From Thermoanaerobaculia bacterium (GTDB lineage: Bacteria > Acidobacteriota > Thermoanaerobaculia > Multivoradales > UBA5704), in the NCBI GenBank assembly GCA_044226625.1, contig JBGAGQ010000022.1:1-64000 (forward strand): DNA of 64,000 nt, read 5' to 3'. Made by a program: the position numbers and the translations under genes. Below are positions 37,082 to 46,972 of the stretch, one piece after another (positions within the stretch are counted from its first letter, which is position 1; each line of letters starts with the position of its first letter). Below the pieces are notes generated by a model. It ran no database searches and had not been told where the DNA came from. It saw nothing but the letters and a program-made list of their open reading frames with translations.

Positions 37082-38551
37082 ATGGCAGAGACCGCCCAGC
37101 CCGCCCAGTCGCAGTTGAACCCCGCGTCCGACACGTCGTTCTTCGGACATCCGCGAGGGCTCGCGACGCTGTACGGGATGCGCGCTCTCCTGATCCTGTT
37201 CATGACCGCCGGCGAGGCGAGCGGTGGGCTCGGTTACGACGCGTCGCGAGCGGGGGCGATCTACGGTCTCTATACCGCATCGGTCTACCTGCTCGCCCTC
37301 CCCGGCGGCTGGGTGGCGGACCGCCTGCTCGGTCAGCGGCGGTCGGTCCTCTACGGTGGCATCCTGATCGCCTGCGGACACTTCAGCATGGCGATCGAGA
37401 GCGTTCAGACCTTCTTCCTCGGCATGCTCCTGATCGTCTTCGGCACCGGCATGCTCAAACCGAACATCAGCACGATGGTCGCCGAGCTCTATCCGGAAGG
37501 AGGCTCGCGGCGCGACGCCGGATTCTCGATCTTCTACATGGGGATCAACCTCGGCGCATTCATCGCGCCGCTCATCTGCGGACCCCTCGGGCAGCGGGTC
37601 AACTGGCACGTCGGCTTTGCGGTGGCTGGCGTCGGCATGGTGCTCGGGTTGATCCAGTACGCCCTCGGCGGCAAGCACCTGGGGCAGGCGGGGATCGAGC
37701 CGAGCGCCCAGACCTCACCGGCCGAGCGGGCTAAGGCGCGCAACGGCCTGCTCGCCGCGATCGCCGTGTTGATCCTGCTCGTCGGGGCGGTCTGGACGGG
37801 CCTGCTGCCGATCGAGCCGCAGGCGTTCGCCAAGGTCACCGGATACGTGATTGGCGGCCTGGTGGCGCTCTACTTCCTGTTCCAGTTCCTGTCCGGTGGG
37901 TACGACGCGACCGAGCGGAAGCGGATCCTCGCGATCTTCCTGCTCTTCCTGTTTTCCTCGGTTTTCTGGTCGGGATTCGAGCAGGCGGGCTCGTCGCTCA
38001 ACCTGTTCGCGGAGCAGAAGACCGACCCGAACGGCTTCGGTTTCAACCTGCCCGCGAGCGTGCTCCAGGCGGTCAACCCCCTGCTGATCATTCTCTGCGC
38101 CCCGGTGTTCGCCTGGCTTTGGGTGCGGCTGTCGAAGTCCAAGCTCGAGCCGTCGGCGCCCGCGAAGTTTGCGCTCGGCCTGATCCTGTTGGGAGGCGGC
38201 TTCTTCGTCATGGTCGGCGCGGCGAAGGCAGCCGAGGGGGGCGTGCTGGTCTCGCCGCTTTGGCTCTGTCTGACCTACCTGTTCCACACCTGCGGCGAAC
38301 TCTGCCTGTCGCCGGTCGGGCTCTCGACGGTGACCAAGCTCGCGCCGCACCGGATCGTCGGCCAGATGATGGGCATCTGGTTCATGTCGCTCTCGCTCGG
38401 CAACCTGATGGCCGGCATGGTCGCGGGCCGGTTCCAAAGCCTGCCGCTGCCGCAGCTGTTCGGCTCGGTCGTGATGACGACGGTGGGTGCGGGCATCGTG
38501 CTCGCGCTCTTGATCCGGCCGATCCGGCGCCTGATGAGCGGGGTGCACTGA
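37082..38551 (+). CDS. POT-family peptide MFS transporter lacking the ExxER motif
   Basis: 'FFGHPRGL', 'GGWVADR', 'KPNIS', 'FYMGINLGA', 'GELCLSPVG'; TM1 motif deleted. Confidence 0.85.
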   Translation: MAETAQPAQSQLNPASDTSFFGHPRGLATLYGMRALLILFMTAGEASGGLGYDASRAGAIYGLYTASVYLLALPGGWVADRLLGQRRSVLYGGILIACGHFSMAIESVQTFFLGMLLIVFGTGMLKPNISTMVAELYPEGGSRRDAGFSIFYMGINLGAFIAPLICGPLGQRVNWHVGFAVAGVGMVLGLIQYALGGKHLGQAGIEPSAQTSPAERAKARNGLLAAIAVLILLVGAVWTGLLPIEPQAFAKVTGYVIGGLVALYFLFQFLSGGYDATERKRILAIFLLFLFSSVFWSGFEQAGSSLNLFAEQKTDPNGFGFNLPASVLQAVNPLLIILCAPVFAWLWVRLSKSKLEPSAPAKFALGLILLGGGFFVMVGAAKAAEGGVLVSPLWLCLTYLFHTCGELCLSPVGLSTVTKLAPHRIVGQMMGIWFMSLSLGNLMAGMVAGRFQSLPLPQLFGSVVMTTVGAGIVLALLIRPIRRLMSGVH

Positions 38552-38571
38552 GCGGGGTTCGATAAGACGCG

Positions 38572-39861
38572 ATGTCCGAGAAGCCGGACGCCTCGGAGAA
38601 GCATCCTCCGGGGCTTTACGTCCTCTTCCTCACCGAGATGTGGGAGCGGTTCAGCTTCTACACCGTGGCCTCGCTCTGGACGCTTTACGTGCAGAACGCC
38701 GAGCAGGGTTTCGGCTGGAGCCGCGATCGGGCGACCTCGGTCTTCTCGTTCTACTTGATGTTCGTCTACGCTAGCCCTTTGGTCGGCGGCTGGATCGCCG
38801 ACCGGAAGCTCGGCTATCGTCGTTCGGTCCTCCTGGGCGGTCTGTTCTTCGTCGCGGGACATGCGCTGCTCGCGTTTCGGAGCGTCCCGATGATGTTCGC
38901 CGCCCTCGGCTGCCTCGTCGTCGGCAACGGGTTCTTCAAGCCGAACGTCTCGGCGATGGTGGGCAATCTCTATCCGGAAGGCAGCCGCCTCAAGGATCGC
39001 GCCTACAACGTCTTCTACATGGGGATCAACGTCGGTGCCTTCACGGCGCCGCTGGTCGCCGAGTGGATGCAAGAGCGCTTCGGCTACCACCCGGCCTTCG
39101 CGCTCGGCGCGCTTGGCATGGTGGTCTCCGTGGCGACGCTCCGGTTGTTCCAGAAGCATGTGGCGGCGGCTGATCGAGGCATCGATCGAGGCCATCCACA
39201 ACAAGCTGTAGCCGAACGACGGCTGGCGATCGACGAGGTGCCGGACGGCCGTCGGATCGGCGCGCTGCTCGTCGTCTTCGGCGTCGTCGTGGTCTTCTGG
39301 ATGGTGTTCAACCAGATCCCGATCACGCTCACCTATTGGGCGAACGACAACACCGCGTGGAACGTCTCGGGAACCCTCTCGAACGCGATCAACCCGGGTT
39401 GGGTGCTCGTGCTCACGTTTCCGCTGATCGCCGTCTGGCGTCGTCTCGACACCCTGGGCCGGGAGCCGTCGACGCCGATGAAGATGGCGATCGGCATGGT
39501 GCTCACCGGGCTCGCGTTCTTCGTGATGTTCCTCGCCGGGCGGGCCGGAGGCGACACGGGTCGGGTTTCGCCGCTCTGGATGATCGGCGCCTACGGCGTC
39601 CTCACCCTCGGCGAGTTGATGCTCTCGCCGATGGGGCTCTCCCTGGTCTCGAAAGTCGCCCCACGTCGCCTACGCGGCGCGATGACCGGCGGCTGGTTCG
39701 TCGCCATGGCGATCGGCAGCAAGCTCACCGCGATCGGAGTCTTCTGGGATCGCTGGCCCCACTCGACTTTCTTCGCCGTCCTCGGCGCCTCGGCGATCGG
39801 AATGAGTCTGGTGCTCTTCGCCCTCCAGAAACCGCTCCGAAGGGCGATGCCGGGCGTCTGA
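38572..39861 (+). CDS. POT-family peptide MFS transporter
   Basis: 'TEMWERFSFY', 'GNGFFKPN', 'FYMGINVGA', 'GELMLSPMG'. Confidence 0.9.
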   Translation: MSEKPDASEKHPPGLYVLFLTEMWERFSFYTVASLWTLYVQNAEQGFGWSRDRATSVFSFYLMFVYASPLVGGWIADRKLGYRRSVLLGGLFFVAGHALLAFRSVPMMFAALGCLVVGNGFFKPNVSAMVGNLYPEGSRLKDRAYNVFYMGINVGAFTAPLVAEWMQERFGYHPAFALGALGMVVSVATLRLFQKHVAAADRGIDRGHPQQAVAERRLAIDEVPDGRRIGALLVVFGVVVVFWMVFNQIPITLTYWANDNTAWNVSGTLSNAINPGWVLVLTFPLIAVWRRLDTLGREPSTPMKMAIGMVLTGLAFFVMFLAGRAGGDTGRVSPLWMIGAYGVLTLGELMLSPMGLSLVSKVAPRRLRGAMTGGWFVAMAIGSKLTAIGVFWDRWPHSTFFAVLGASAIGMSLVLFALQKPLRRAMPGV

Positions 39862-39870
39862 ACCCGGCGG

Positions 39871-39939
39871 CACCTTGAAAATCTAGCGTGTGACGCTTGG
39901 ATTTCAAGGTGGAATCGATTTTCACCTTGAAAATCTAGC
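39871..39939. repeat. three alternating 17-bp AT-rich repeats between convergent genes
   Basis: CACCTTGAAAATCTAGC at 39871 and 39923; inverted 14/17 copy at 39895. Confidence 0.8.
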
Positions 39940-39978
39940 AGGGGGCGGGACCGTGCCGTCGTAACCCCCTTGGGTTCG

Positions 39979-41940
39979 CTACAACTCCACCTGTTGACCG
40001 AGCTCGATCACCCGGTTGGGGGGCAGGTGGAAGTAGCTGCTCGCGGTCTGGGAGTTGCGGGCCATCAGGGCGAAGAGCTGTTTGCGGAGCCAGCTCATTC
40101 CTTCCCTACGTTTGGGAAGGAGCGTCTCTTTGCCGAGGAAGAACGTGGTCTTCATGGGCGACGGGTCGAGGCCGAAGGCCGGAAGGCCGAGGAGGGCCTC
40201 GGGAATGTCGGGGGTCTCCATGAAGCCGAAGCGGACGGTCACCTGGTAAAACCCCTGGCCGAGATCGACGACGTCGAGGCGTTCCTTCTTGGTGGCGGCC
40301 GGTGTTTCTAGGCTCTGGACGTTGAGCAGCAGGGTTTGCTCGTGGAGCACGCCGTTGTGCTTGAGGTTGTGGAGCAGGGCGTGGGGAACCCCTTCCGGAT
40401 CTCGGGCCATGAAGACGGCGGTGCGGGGGATGCGTGGAAGCCGCTCGACGTCCAGGTGGGAGATGAACTCCCGGATGCGGAACCGGTCACGGGTGAGCTT
40501 TTCAGCGAGCAGTGCGCGGCCGCGCTCCCAGGTCGACATCTGAACGAACATGAAGACGCCGACGACGATCGGCACCCAGCCGCCGTCGCGGAACTTGATC
40601 GCGTTCGCGCCGAAGAAAGCGAGATCGACCGCGAGGAATGCAACCGTCACCGATAAGGCCGCGGCGAACGGCCAGCGCCAGATGCGCCGCGCGACGATAT
40701 GGGCAAGGAGTGTCGTGATCACCATCGTCATGGTGACCGCGATGCCGTAAGCCGCGGCGAGCCGGCTGGACGATCGGAAGCCGATCACCAAGGCGGTGGT
40801 CGCCACCGCGAGCAGCCAGTTCACCGCGGGCACGTAGATCTGGCCGATTTCCCCTTCGGACGTGTGGACGATCGTCATCCGCGGCAGATAGCCGAGCTGG
40901 ACCGCCTGCCGGGTGAGCGAAAAGGCGCCCGAGATGACCGCTTGCGACGCGATGACGGTCGCCGCGGTCGCGAGCGCCACGAGCGGGTAGAGAGCCCAGG
41001 TCGGCGCGAGCTTGTAGAACGGATTCCACGAAGCTCGGGGATCGGTGAGGAGCAGCGCGCCCTGACCGAAATAGTTGAGCAGGAGCGATGGCGCGACGAT
41101 CGAGAACCAGTCGATCTGAATCGGTTTCTCGCCGAAATGACCGAGGTCGGCGTAGAGCGCCTCGCCTCCCGTCGCGACGAGGAAGACCGCGCCCAAGACC
41201 AGGAACCCCCGGCCCCCGTTGTGAAGAAAAAAGCGAACCGCATGGTACGGGTTGATCGCTTGGAGGACCGCGGGATAGCGAGCGATCCAGCGTACCCCCA
41301 GGGTGGCGAGCGTCCCGAACCAGAGCAGCATGATCGGCCCAAAAACCCGCCCGAGGCCTCCCGTGCCGGTACGTTGAAAGGCGAACAGCAGGACGAGGAT
41401 GGCGACCGTGATCGGTACCACGTAGGGTGTGAAGGCGACGGTCGCGACCGAGAGACCTTCGACCGCGGAGAGGACGGAGATCGCCGGGGTGATCATGCCG
41501 TCGCCGTAAAGAAGCGCCGCGCCGAACAGGCCGACTGCGATCAAGAGGCGGCGCGCCCGCGGACTCTCGAGCTTCCCGCGAACGAGAGCCATCAGGGCGA
41601 GGATGCCGCCTTCCCCCCGATTGTCGGCGCGCAGGACGTAGACGTGATACTTGACCGTGACGATCACCACCAGCGCCCAGAAGACCAGGGAGAGGACGCC
41701 GAGGACGTTTCTGGCGTCCACCGGCACGGCGTGGATGCCGTGAAAGCACTCTCGGAGCGAATAGAGCGGGCTGGTGCCGATGTCGCCGTAGACGATGCCT
41801 AAGGCGCCCAGGGAGAGGATCAGCAGGCGGCGCCCGGTCGGTGTCGCGGGGCTGTGGCCCGAAGCGGTCGGCGCGGATGGAGCGGAACGGCCCGGGTCCG
41901 AGGGCCCGGGCCTTGCGTGTCCCGCGTCGGATTTGGACAT
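39979..41940 (-). CDS. kup: potassium transporter Kup
   Basis: 'YGDIGTSPLY', 'ADNRGEGG', 'ITPAISVLSAVEG', 'GEALYADLGHFG'. Confidence 0.95.
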   Translation of the reverse strand: MSKSDAGHARPGPSDPGRSAPSAPTASGHSPATPTGRRLLILSLGALGIVYGDIGTSPLYSLRECFHGIHAVPVDARNVLGVLSLVFWALVVIVTVKYHVYVLRADNRGEGGILALMALVRGKLESPRARRLLIAVGLFGAALLYGDGMITPAISVLSAVEGLSVATVAFTPYVVPITVAILVLLFAFQRTGTGGLGRVFGPIMLLWFGTLATLGVRWIARYPAVLQAINPYHAVRFFLHNGGRGFLVLGAVFLVATGGEALYADLGHFGEKPIQIDWFSIVAPSLLLNYFGQGALLLTDPRASWNPFYKLAPTWALYPLVALATAATVIASQAVISGAFSLTRQAVQLGYLPRMTIVHTSEGEIGQIYVPAVNWLLAVATTALVIGFRSSSRLAAAYGIAVTMTMVITTLLAHIVARRIWRWPFAAALSVTVAFLAVDLAFFGANAIKFRDGGWVPIVVGVFMFVQMSTWERGRALLAEKLTRDRFRIREFISHLDVERLPRIPRTAVFMARDPEGVPHALLHNLKHNGVLHEQTLLLNVQSLETPAATKKERLDVVDLGQGFYQVTVRFGFMETPDIPEALLGLPAFGLDPSPMKTTFFLGKETLLPKRREGMSWLRKQLFALMARNSQTASSYFHLPPNRVIELGQQVEL

Positions 41941-41947
41941 CCGCGGG

Positions 41948-43939
41948 TTAGAGCTCGACCTGCATCCCCAGCTCGATCACGCGGTTGGCGGGGATGCGGA
42001 AGTAGTCGGTCGGACGCAGGGCGTTCTTGGACATCGCGGCGAACACCTTTTCGCGCCAGAGCGCCATACCGGGGCGCTTGGAGGGAATCAACGTTTCGCG
42101 ACCAAGGAAGAAGGTGGTCTTCATCATGTTGAGGTCGATGCCCTGGGCACGCATCCCCTCGAGCATGCTCGCGATCGAAGGGTCCTGCATGAAGCCGTAG
42201 CGGGCGATTACGCGGTAGCACCCCTTGCCGTAGGTGTCGACCGTGATCCGTTCCTTCTTCGGGACCTCGGGGACCTCTTCGGTGATCACGGTGAGGAGGA
42301 TCACCTGATCGTGCAGGACCTTGTTGTGCTTGAGGTTATGGAGCAGCGAGGTAGGCGTGGCGAACGGATCGCGTGCCATGAAGACCGCGGTGCCGGGAAC
42401 CCGCGGAGGGGTCTCGGGCTGAATGTTCTGGACGAACGAATCGAACGGCAGCGCTTGGCGCTGCAGGCGCTCGGCAAGGATCTGCCGCCCGCGCCGCCAA
42501 GTGGCCATCAGGGTGTAGATGATCGACCCGACCAGCAGGGGAACCCAGCCGCCGAGATGGACCTTCACGATGTTGGCGCCGAAGAACGACAGATCGATCG
42601 CGAGGAAGAACGCGGTCATCGGCAGCAGCCAACGGCGCCGCCAGCCCCAGACCTCGCGTGCGACCACCTTGGCCAGCAGGGTGGTGATCACCATGGTCAT
42701 GGTCACCGCGATGCCGTAGGCGGCGGCCAGCGCCGTCGAAGTCTTGAAACCCAGCACCAGGCCGATGGTGCAGATCATGAGCATCCAGTTGACCGCCGGG
42801 ACGTAAATCTGGCCGATCTCCTCACCCGAGGTGTGGACGACCAAGAGACGCGGACAGTAGCCCAGCTGGATCGCCTGCCGGGTGAGCGAGAAGGCGCCGG
42901 AGATCAACGCTTGCGAGGCGATCACCGTGGCGAGGGTGGCGAGGGCGACCAGCGAGTAGAGGATCCAGGGCTCATCCGGGGCGAGGTGAAAGAAGGGATT
43001 TTCCGCCACCAGCTTCTGCTCTTTGAGATTCGGCTGGCTGATCAATAGGGCGCCTTGGCCGAAATAGTTGAGCAGCAGGGAGGGGAGGACGAGCGCGAAC
43101 CAGGCGATCTGGATCGGCTTTTTGCCGAAGTGGCCCATGTCGGCGTAGAGCGCTTCGCCGCCGGTCACGACCAGGAACACCGAGCCGAGCGTGAGGAAGC
43201 CGGCGAGCCGGTTGCGCAGGAAGAAGGCGACCGCCTTCGACGGCTCGATCGCGGTGAGCACCGACGGATCTCGCAGGATGCCGAGCACTCCCAGGATCGC
43301 GAGCGTAACGAACCAGATCGCCATCACCGGACCGAAGATCGCGCCGATGCCGCCGGTACCCTTGCGCTGGATCAGGAAGAGCGCGACCAGGATGCCGATC
43401 GTGATCGGCACCACCCACGAATGGAAGACGGGGGTCACGACCGTGAGGCCTTCGACCGCGGAGAGGACGGAGATCGCCGGGGTGATCATGCCGTCGCCGT
43501 AGAGCAGCGCCGCGCCGAAGATGCCGATCGCCACGAGGACGAAGCCATTCCGGGATTCGCGCACCTTGGCCGGGATGAGCGAAATGAGGGCGAGGATCCC
43601 CCCCTCTCCTCGGTTGTCGGCCCGCATGACGAACAGCAGGTATTTGACCGAGATGACGATCAGCAGCGACCAGAAGATCAACGAGAGGATGCCGAGCACG
43701 TTGGCCCGGTTGAGTGCCAGGGCGTGTGCGCCGTGGAAACACTCGCGCAGGGCGTACAGCGGGCTCGTGCCGATGTCGCCATAGACGACGCCCAGGGCGC
43801 CGACCGCGAGGGCGAGCCAGGGTTTCGCGTGATGACCTTGAGGGGGATGGGCCGGTGAGAGGCTATGAGAATGCGCCGGCCCGCCTTCGGAGCCCTTGTC
43901 CGCCGAAGCGGCAGGGCTCTCGGAGTGACCTGTTTGCAT
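41948..43939 (-). CDS. kup: potassium transporter Kup (second paralog)
   Basis: Same Kup motifs; ATG at 43939 after a GGAG RBS (the ORF track start at 45016 is over-extended). Confidence 0.95.
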   Translation of the reverse strand: MQTGHSESPAASADKGSEGGPAHSHSLSPAHPPQGHHAKPWLALAVGALGVVYGDIGTSPLYALRECFHGAHALALNRANVLGILSLIFWSLLIVISVKYLLFVMRADNRGEGGILALISLIPAKVRESRNGFVLVAIGIFGAALLYGDGMITPAISVLSAVEGLTVVTPVFHSWVVPITIGILVALFLIQRKGTGGIGAIFGPVMAIWFVTLAILGVLGILRDPSVLTAIEPSKAVAFFLRNRLAGFLTLGSVFLVVTGGEALYADMGHFGKKPIQIAWFALVLPSLLLNYFGQGALLISQPNLKEQKLVAENPFFHLAPDEPWILYSLVALATLATVIASQALISGAFSLTRQAIQLGYCPRLLVVHTSGEEIGQIYVPAVNWMLMICTIGLVLGFKTSTALAAAYGIAVTMTMVITTLLAKVVAREVWGWRRRWLLPMTAFFLAIDLSFFGANIVKVHLGGWVPLLVGSIIYTLMATWRRGRQILAERLQRQALPFDSFVQNIQPETPPRVPGTAVFMARDPFATPTSLLHNLKHNKVLHDQVILLTVITEEVPEVPKKERITVDTYGKGCYRVIARYGFMQDPSIASMLEGMRAQGIDLNMMKTTFFLGRETLIPSKRPGMALWREKVFAAMSKNALRPTDYFRIPANRVIELGMQVEL

Positions 43940-44126
43940 CGTGATGTGATCTCCTGCGCGGGCGGCCCCCGAGGGGAGGTACGAAAAAAGCCGGAAGGGG
44001 GTCGCGGGCGATGACGCGATCCTAGCAGCGACGGCGAAGGACGGCGAGCGACCCGAGAGGAGGGGGAGTCGAGGGCTCGGCGGGCTCGATTGACCTGGGG
44101 CGGAATCGCCCGTACCCTCCCGACCG

Positions 44127-45056
44127 ATGATCCCGCCCCTCTCTCGCCCCGATCTCGGATTCCGCTGGATGGCCCGGGAGGAGGATCGAGGGGCGGTCCG
44201 CTTCTCGGTAGAAGTCCCTCGGGAGTGCCCGGCCTTCGCCGGCCATTTCCCCGGCCGTCCGATCCTGCCGGGCGTCGCGCAGCTCGCCCTCGTCGAGGAA
44301 GGGATCGCGCGGCTGCGGGTGGAGAGGTCGGTCGGTTCCATGTTCTGCCCGGCGCTCACCGAGATCTCGGGCCTGCGGTTTCGGCGGCCGATGGGACCGG
44401 GAGAGAAGCTGGAACTCAGGCTCTTGCCGGTGGCCGCTGCCAACGCGTTCCGCTTCGAGCTCCGCGCCGAGGGGAGCGTGGCGACCGGTGGATCGGCGCA
44501 ACTTGGCGGTGGACCCGAGCCCGAAGCGGCGATGGCCGGCTCGGCCAGCGGTCCCGCCCACTCGGGCGATTCGCGGTTTGCACCGATTCGGGCGCTCGGG
44601 CGGGTTCCCCATGCGCCGCCGGCCCTGCTCGTCGAGAGCCTCATGGGCCGGGACGAGCGAGGAGCGCGCGGGATCGCGAGGATCCCGGCGGCGAGCCCGT
44701 TCGTCGTTGCGGGTGTGGCCCCCTCGTATTTGGGGCTTGAGCTCGCGGCCCAGACGGCCGCCCTGGTGGAGGCGGTCGGACGCGAGGAGGGAGACGAGGA
44801 AAAAGGGGCTCCGCGCGAGGGATATCTGGTTGCATCGCGCAACGCTCGCTTCTTCGTGCCGAGCCTTCCGGCCGAAGAGTCGCTCGACGTGATCCTGGCC
44901 TTCGCGGGTAGCGCGTCGCCGCTGGCCATGTACGAGGTCCGGATCGAGCGCTCGGGTGCGATCCTGGTCGAAGGGACGATCAGCACCTGGATCGCGGAGC
45001 CCGTTGAAGCGAACATCGGCAGTCAAAGCGTGGAACGAGGGGGGGAGTCTCGATGA
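44127..45056 (+). CDS. double hot-dog dehydratase (ApeI-like + ApeP-like FabA/FabZ fusion)
   Basis: 'FAGHFPGRPILPGVAQL' then 'VPHAPPALLVE..GLELAAQTAA..GYLV'. Confidence 0.75.
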   Translation: MIPPLSRPDLGFRWMAREEDRGAVRFSVEVPRECPAFAGHFPGRPILPGVAQLALVEEGIARLRVERSVGSMFCPALTEISGLRFRRPMGPGEKLELRLLPVAAANAFRFELRAEGSVATGGSAQLGGGPEPEAAMAGSASGPAHSGDSRFAPIRALGRVPHAPPALLVESLMGRDERGARGIARIPAASPFVVAGVAPSYLGLELAAQTAALVEAVGREEGDEEKGAPREGYLVASRNARFFVPSLPAEESLDVILAFAGSASPLAMYEVRIERSGAILVEGTISTWIAEPVEANIGSQSVERGGESR

Positions 45057-45532
45057 GTTCGTTGCTCTGGGTCGCCGCCGTGGCGTTCATCCTGGTCGGA
45101 CTCGCCGGGACGGTGCTGCCGGCTCTTCCGGGAACGCCGCTGGTCTTCGTCGGTCTGCTTCTCGCGGCCTGGGCGGACGGGTTCACCAAGGTGGGTTGGT
45201 TCCCTCTCACGCTGCTCGCCCTCCTGACCGCGGCATCGTTTGCGATCGATTTTTTCGCGTCGAGCCTGGGCGCCAAAAAGGTCGGCGCGAGCCGGCTCGC
45301 GATCGTGGGGTCGGTGGTCGGCGGCCTGATCGGATTCTTCTTCGGGTTGCCCGGGCTCTTTCTCGGCCCGTTCCTCGGCGCGGCGCTCGGCGAGTACGTC
45401 TCGATGCGGAACCTGAAGCGGGCGGGGAAGGTGGGTCTCGCGACCTGGGCCGGCATCCTGTTCGGCACGGCGGCGAAGATCGCCCTCGCGTGCACGATGC
45501 TGGGGCTTTTCGTCTTCGCTTACGTCGTCTGA
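45053..45532 (+). CDS. DUF456 family membrane protein
   Basis: 'GLAGTVLPALPG', 'GAKKVGAS', 'LGPFLGAALGE'. Confidence 0.85.
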   Translation: MSSLLWVAAVAFILVGLAGTVLPALPGTPLVFVGLLLAAWADGFTKVGWFPLTLLALLTAASFAIDFFASSLGAKKVGASRLAIVGSVVGGLIGFFFGLPGLFLGPFLGAALGEYVSMRNLKRAGKVGLATWAGILFGTAAKIALACTMLGLFVFAYVV

Positions 45533-45545
45533 GGACGGCGCGGCG

Positions 45546-45748
45546 CCCCCACCTCGATCCTCCCCCGCGAGCGGGGGAGGAAGCTCGCCGTCGAAAAGCT
45601 TCGGAGATTGGTGCGGTGGGTGCCGCCTCCACCGTTAGCGAAGGTCCCTGACTCTTCTTGGAGGCGAGGAAGCCAACCGGCGAAAGCCGGCTCGGACCTC
45701 CGCCCGAGATTCCCTCCCCCCGCTTGCGGGGGGAGGCTAGGAGAGGGG
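45546..45748. repeat. REP doublet (REPIN-like), copy 2 (reverse orientation)
   Basis: CCCCCACCTCGATCCTCCCCCGCGAGCGGGGGAGGA ... TCCCTCCCCCCGCTTGCGGGGGGAGGCTAGGAGAGGGG. Confidence 0.75.
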
Positions 45749-45763
45749 CGCCAAGCTCAAGGC

Positions 45764-46918
45764 CTACCCTTCGAGCACCGCGTAAAAACCTTTGGTCGAA
45801 AGGCTCTCGCGATCGAGCGTGAAGCCGAACGGCCCGGCCGTCTCGGCCAGGCGTTCGAAGCGCTCGGGAAGCTCGGTTCGCTGCGGGTGAATCTCGAAGC
45901 GATGCCAGCCGGCGCCGCGGAGCCAGTCGTCGAGGGTCTTCCGGGTAAAGAACCGGTAGTGCGTGTAGCAGAGAAGGCCGATCGGCAAATAATCCCAGCG
46001 GCCCGCGAGAAGGTCGTCCACCACCGACCAGTGGCCGACGTTCGGGATCGAGAGTACGATCCTCCCTCCCGGTCGGATCAGCTCGGCGGCCCGGGCGAGG
46101 AAGTCCGCGGCCTCCGGCAGATGCTCCACGATCTCGCAGCCGAGCACCGCGTCGAACCGTTCGGGGATCTCGAGGGTCTGCAGGTCACCCACCAGGACGG
46201 CATGGAGGCGGGTCGCGGCGTCGGCCGCCACCTCCGGATGAAGCTCGACTCCCGTCACCCGACAGCCGAGCGTCCGCTGGAGATAGGCGCCGGTGACCCC
46301 CCGGCCGCAGCCGACTTCGAGCACCTCGCCCACTCCCGGCGGGAGGAACGGGACGACGTCCTCCCGGACCTCGCCGTAATAGTCGATGAACTCGTGGCAG
46401 AGGCCCGCCGTTGCGACCTCTCCTTCGGCGCTCGACCCCGCGGAGGCGTCGGAATTCCGTAGCAGCCTCTCGAGCGGCACGCGTGCGAGCAGCTCGCCGA
46501 GGGCCTTCTCGGTGAGGAGTGTCACCGGCAGGTGAGAGGCCGAAGCCGGCAGGACCTCCGCCTCGCCTCGGCCGAGGATCCGTGCTTCGACCTTCTCGAA
46601 GCCGCGCAGCGTGTAGATCGGCTCGTCCAGCGGGATCGCGAGGTCGGCGAGCCGGGCCGGCCGCACCTGGGCGGCGCCCTCCGCGAGGCGCTCGCGCATC
46701 GCGCGGAAGCTCGCCGCGGTGAGCAGCACGTTCTTCGGTCCGAGCAGCAGATAGGTCGGGCAGTCGCCCGGCGGCAACGCGGTCGGGTTCGGATGGAGCT
46801 CGACGTCGCCTTCGAACGCGCGCGACGCTTCGAGGCGGAGCTGGCTGAGCAGGTGGCGAAACTCCGGGGAGCCGGCGCTTTCCGGATCGAGGGCCTTCAG
46901 GATGCGGAGCGCGGGCAT
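45764..46918 (-). CDS. class I SAM-dependent methyltransferase
   Basis: 'VLEVGCGRG', 'GVE', 'EIVEHL', 'LSIPNVGH', 'HYRFFT'. Confidence 0.85.
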   Translation of the reverse strand: MPALRILKALDPESAGSPEFRHLLSQLRLEASRAFEGDVELHPNPTALPPGDCPTYLLLGPKNVLLTAASFRAMRERLAEGAAQVRPARLADLAIPLDEPIYTLRGFEKVEARILGRGEAEVLPASASHLPVTLLTEKALGELLARVPLERLLRNSDASAGSSAEGEVATAGLCHEFIDYYGEVREDVVPFLPPGVGEVLEVGCGRGVTGAYLQRTLGCRVTGVELHPEVAADAATRLHAVLVGDLQTLEIPERFDAVLGCEIVEHLPEAADFLARAAELIRPGGRIVLSIPNVGHWSVVDDLLAGRWDYLPIGLLCYTHYRFFTRKTLDDWLRGAGWHRFEIHPQRTELPERFERLAETAGPFGFTLDRESLSTKGFYAVLEG

Positions 46919-46972
46919 GTCGAAGATTCTACGCGCTGTATCGGGAGACCTGGGGGATAGAATCCGCCGGTC

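Noticed and set aside
43940-44126. c-di-AMP (ydaO) riboswitch upstream of kup
   Set aside because: The conserved ydaO sequence blocks were not recognisable on the minus strand.
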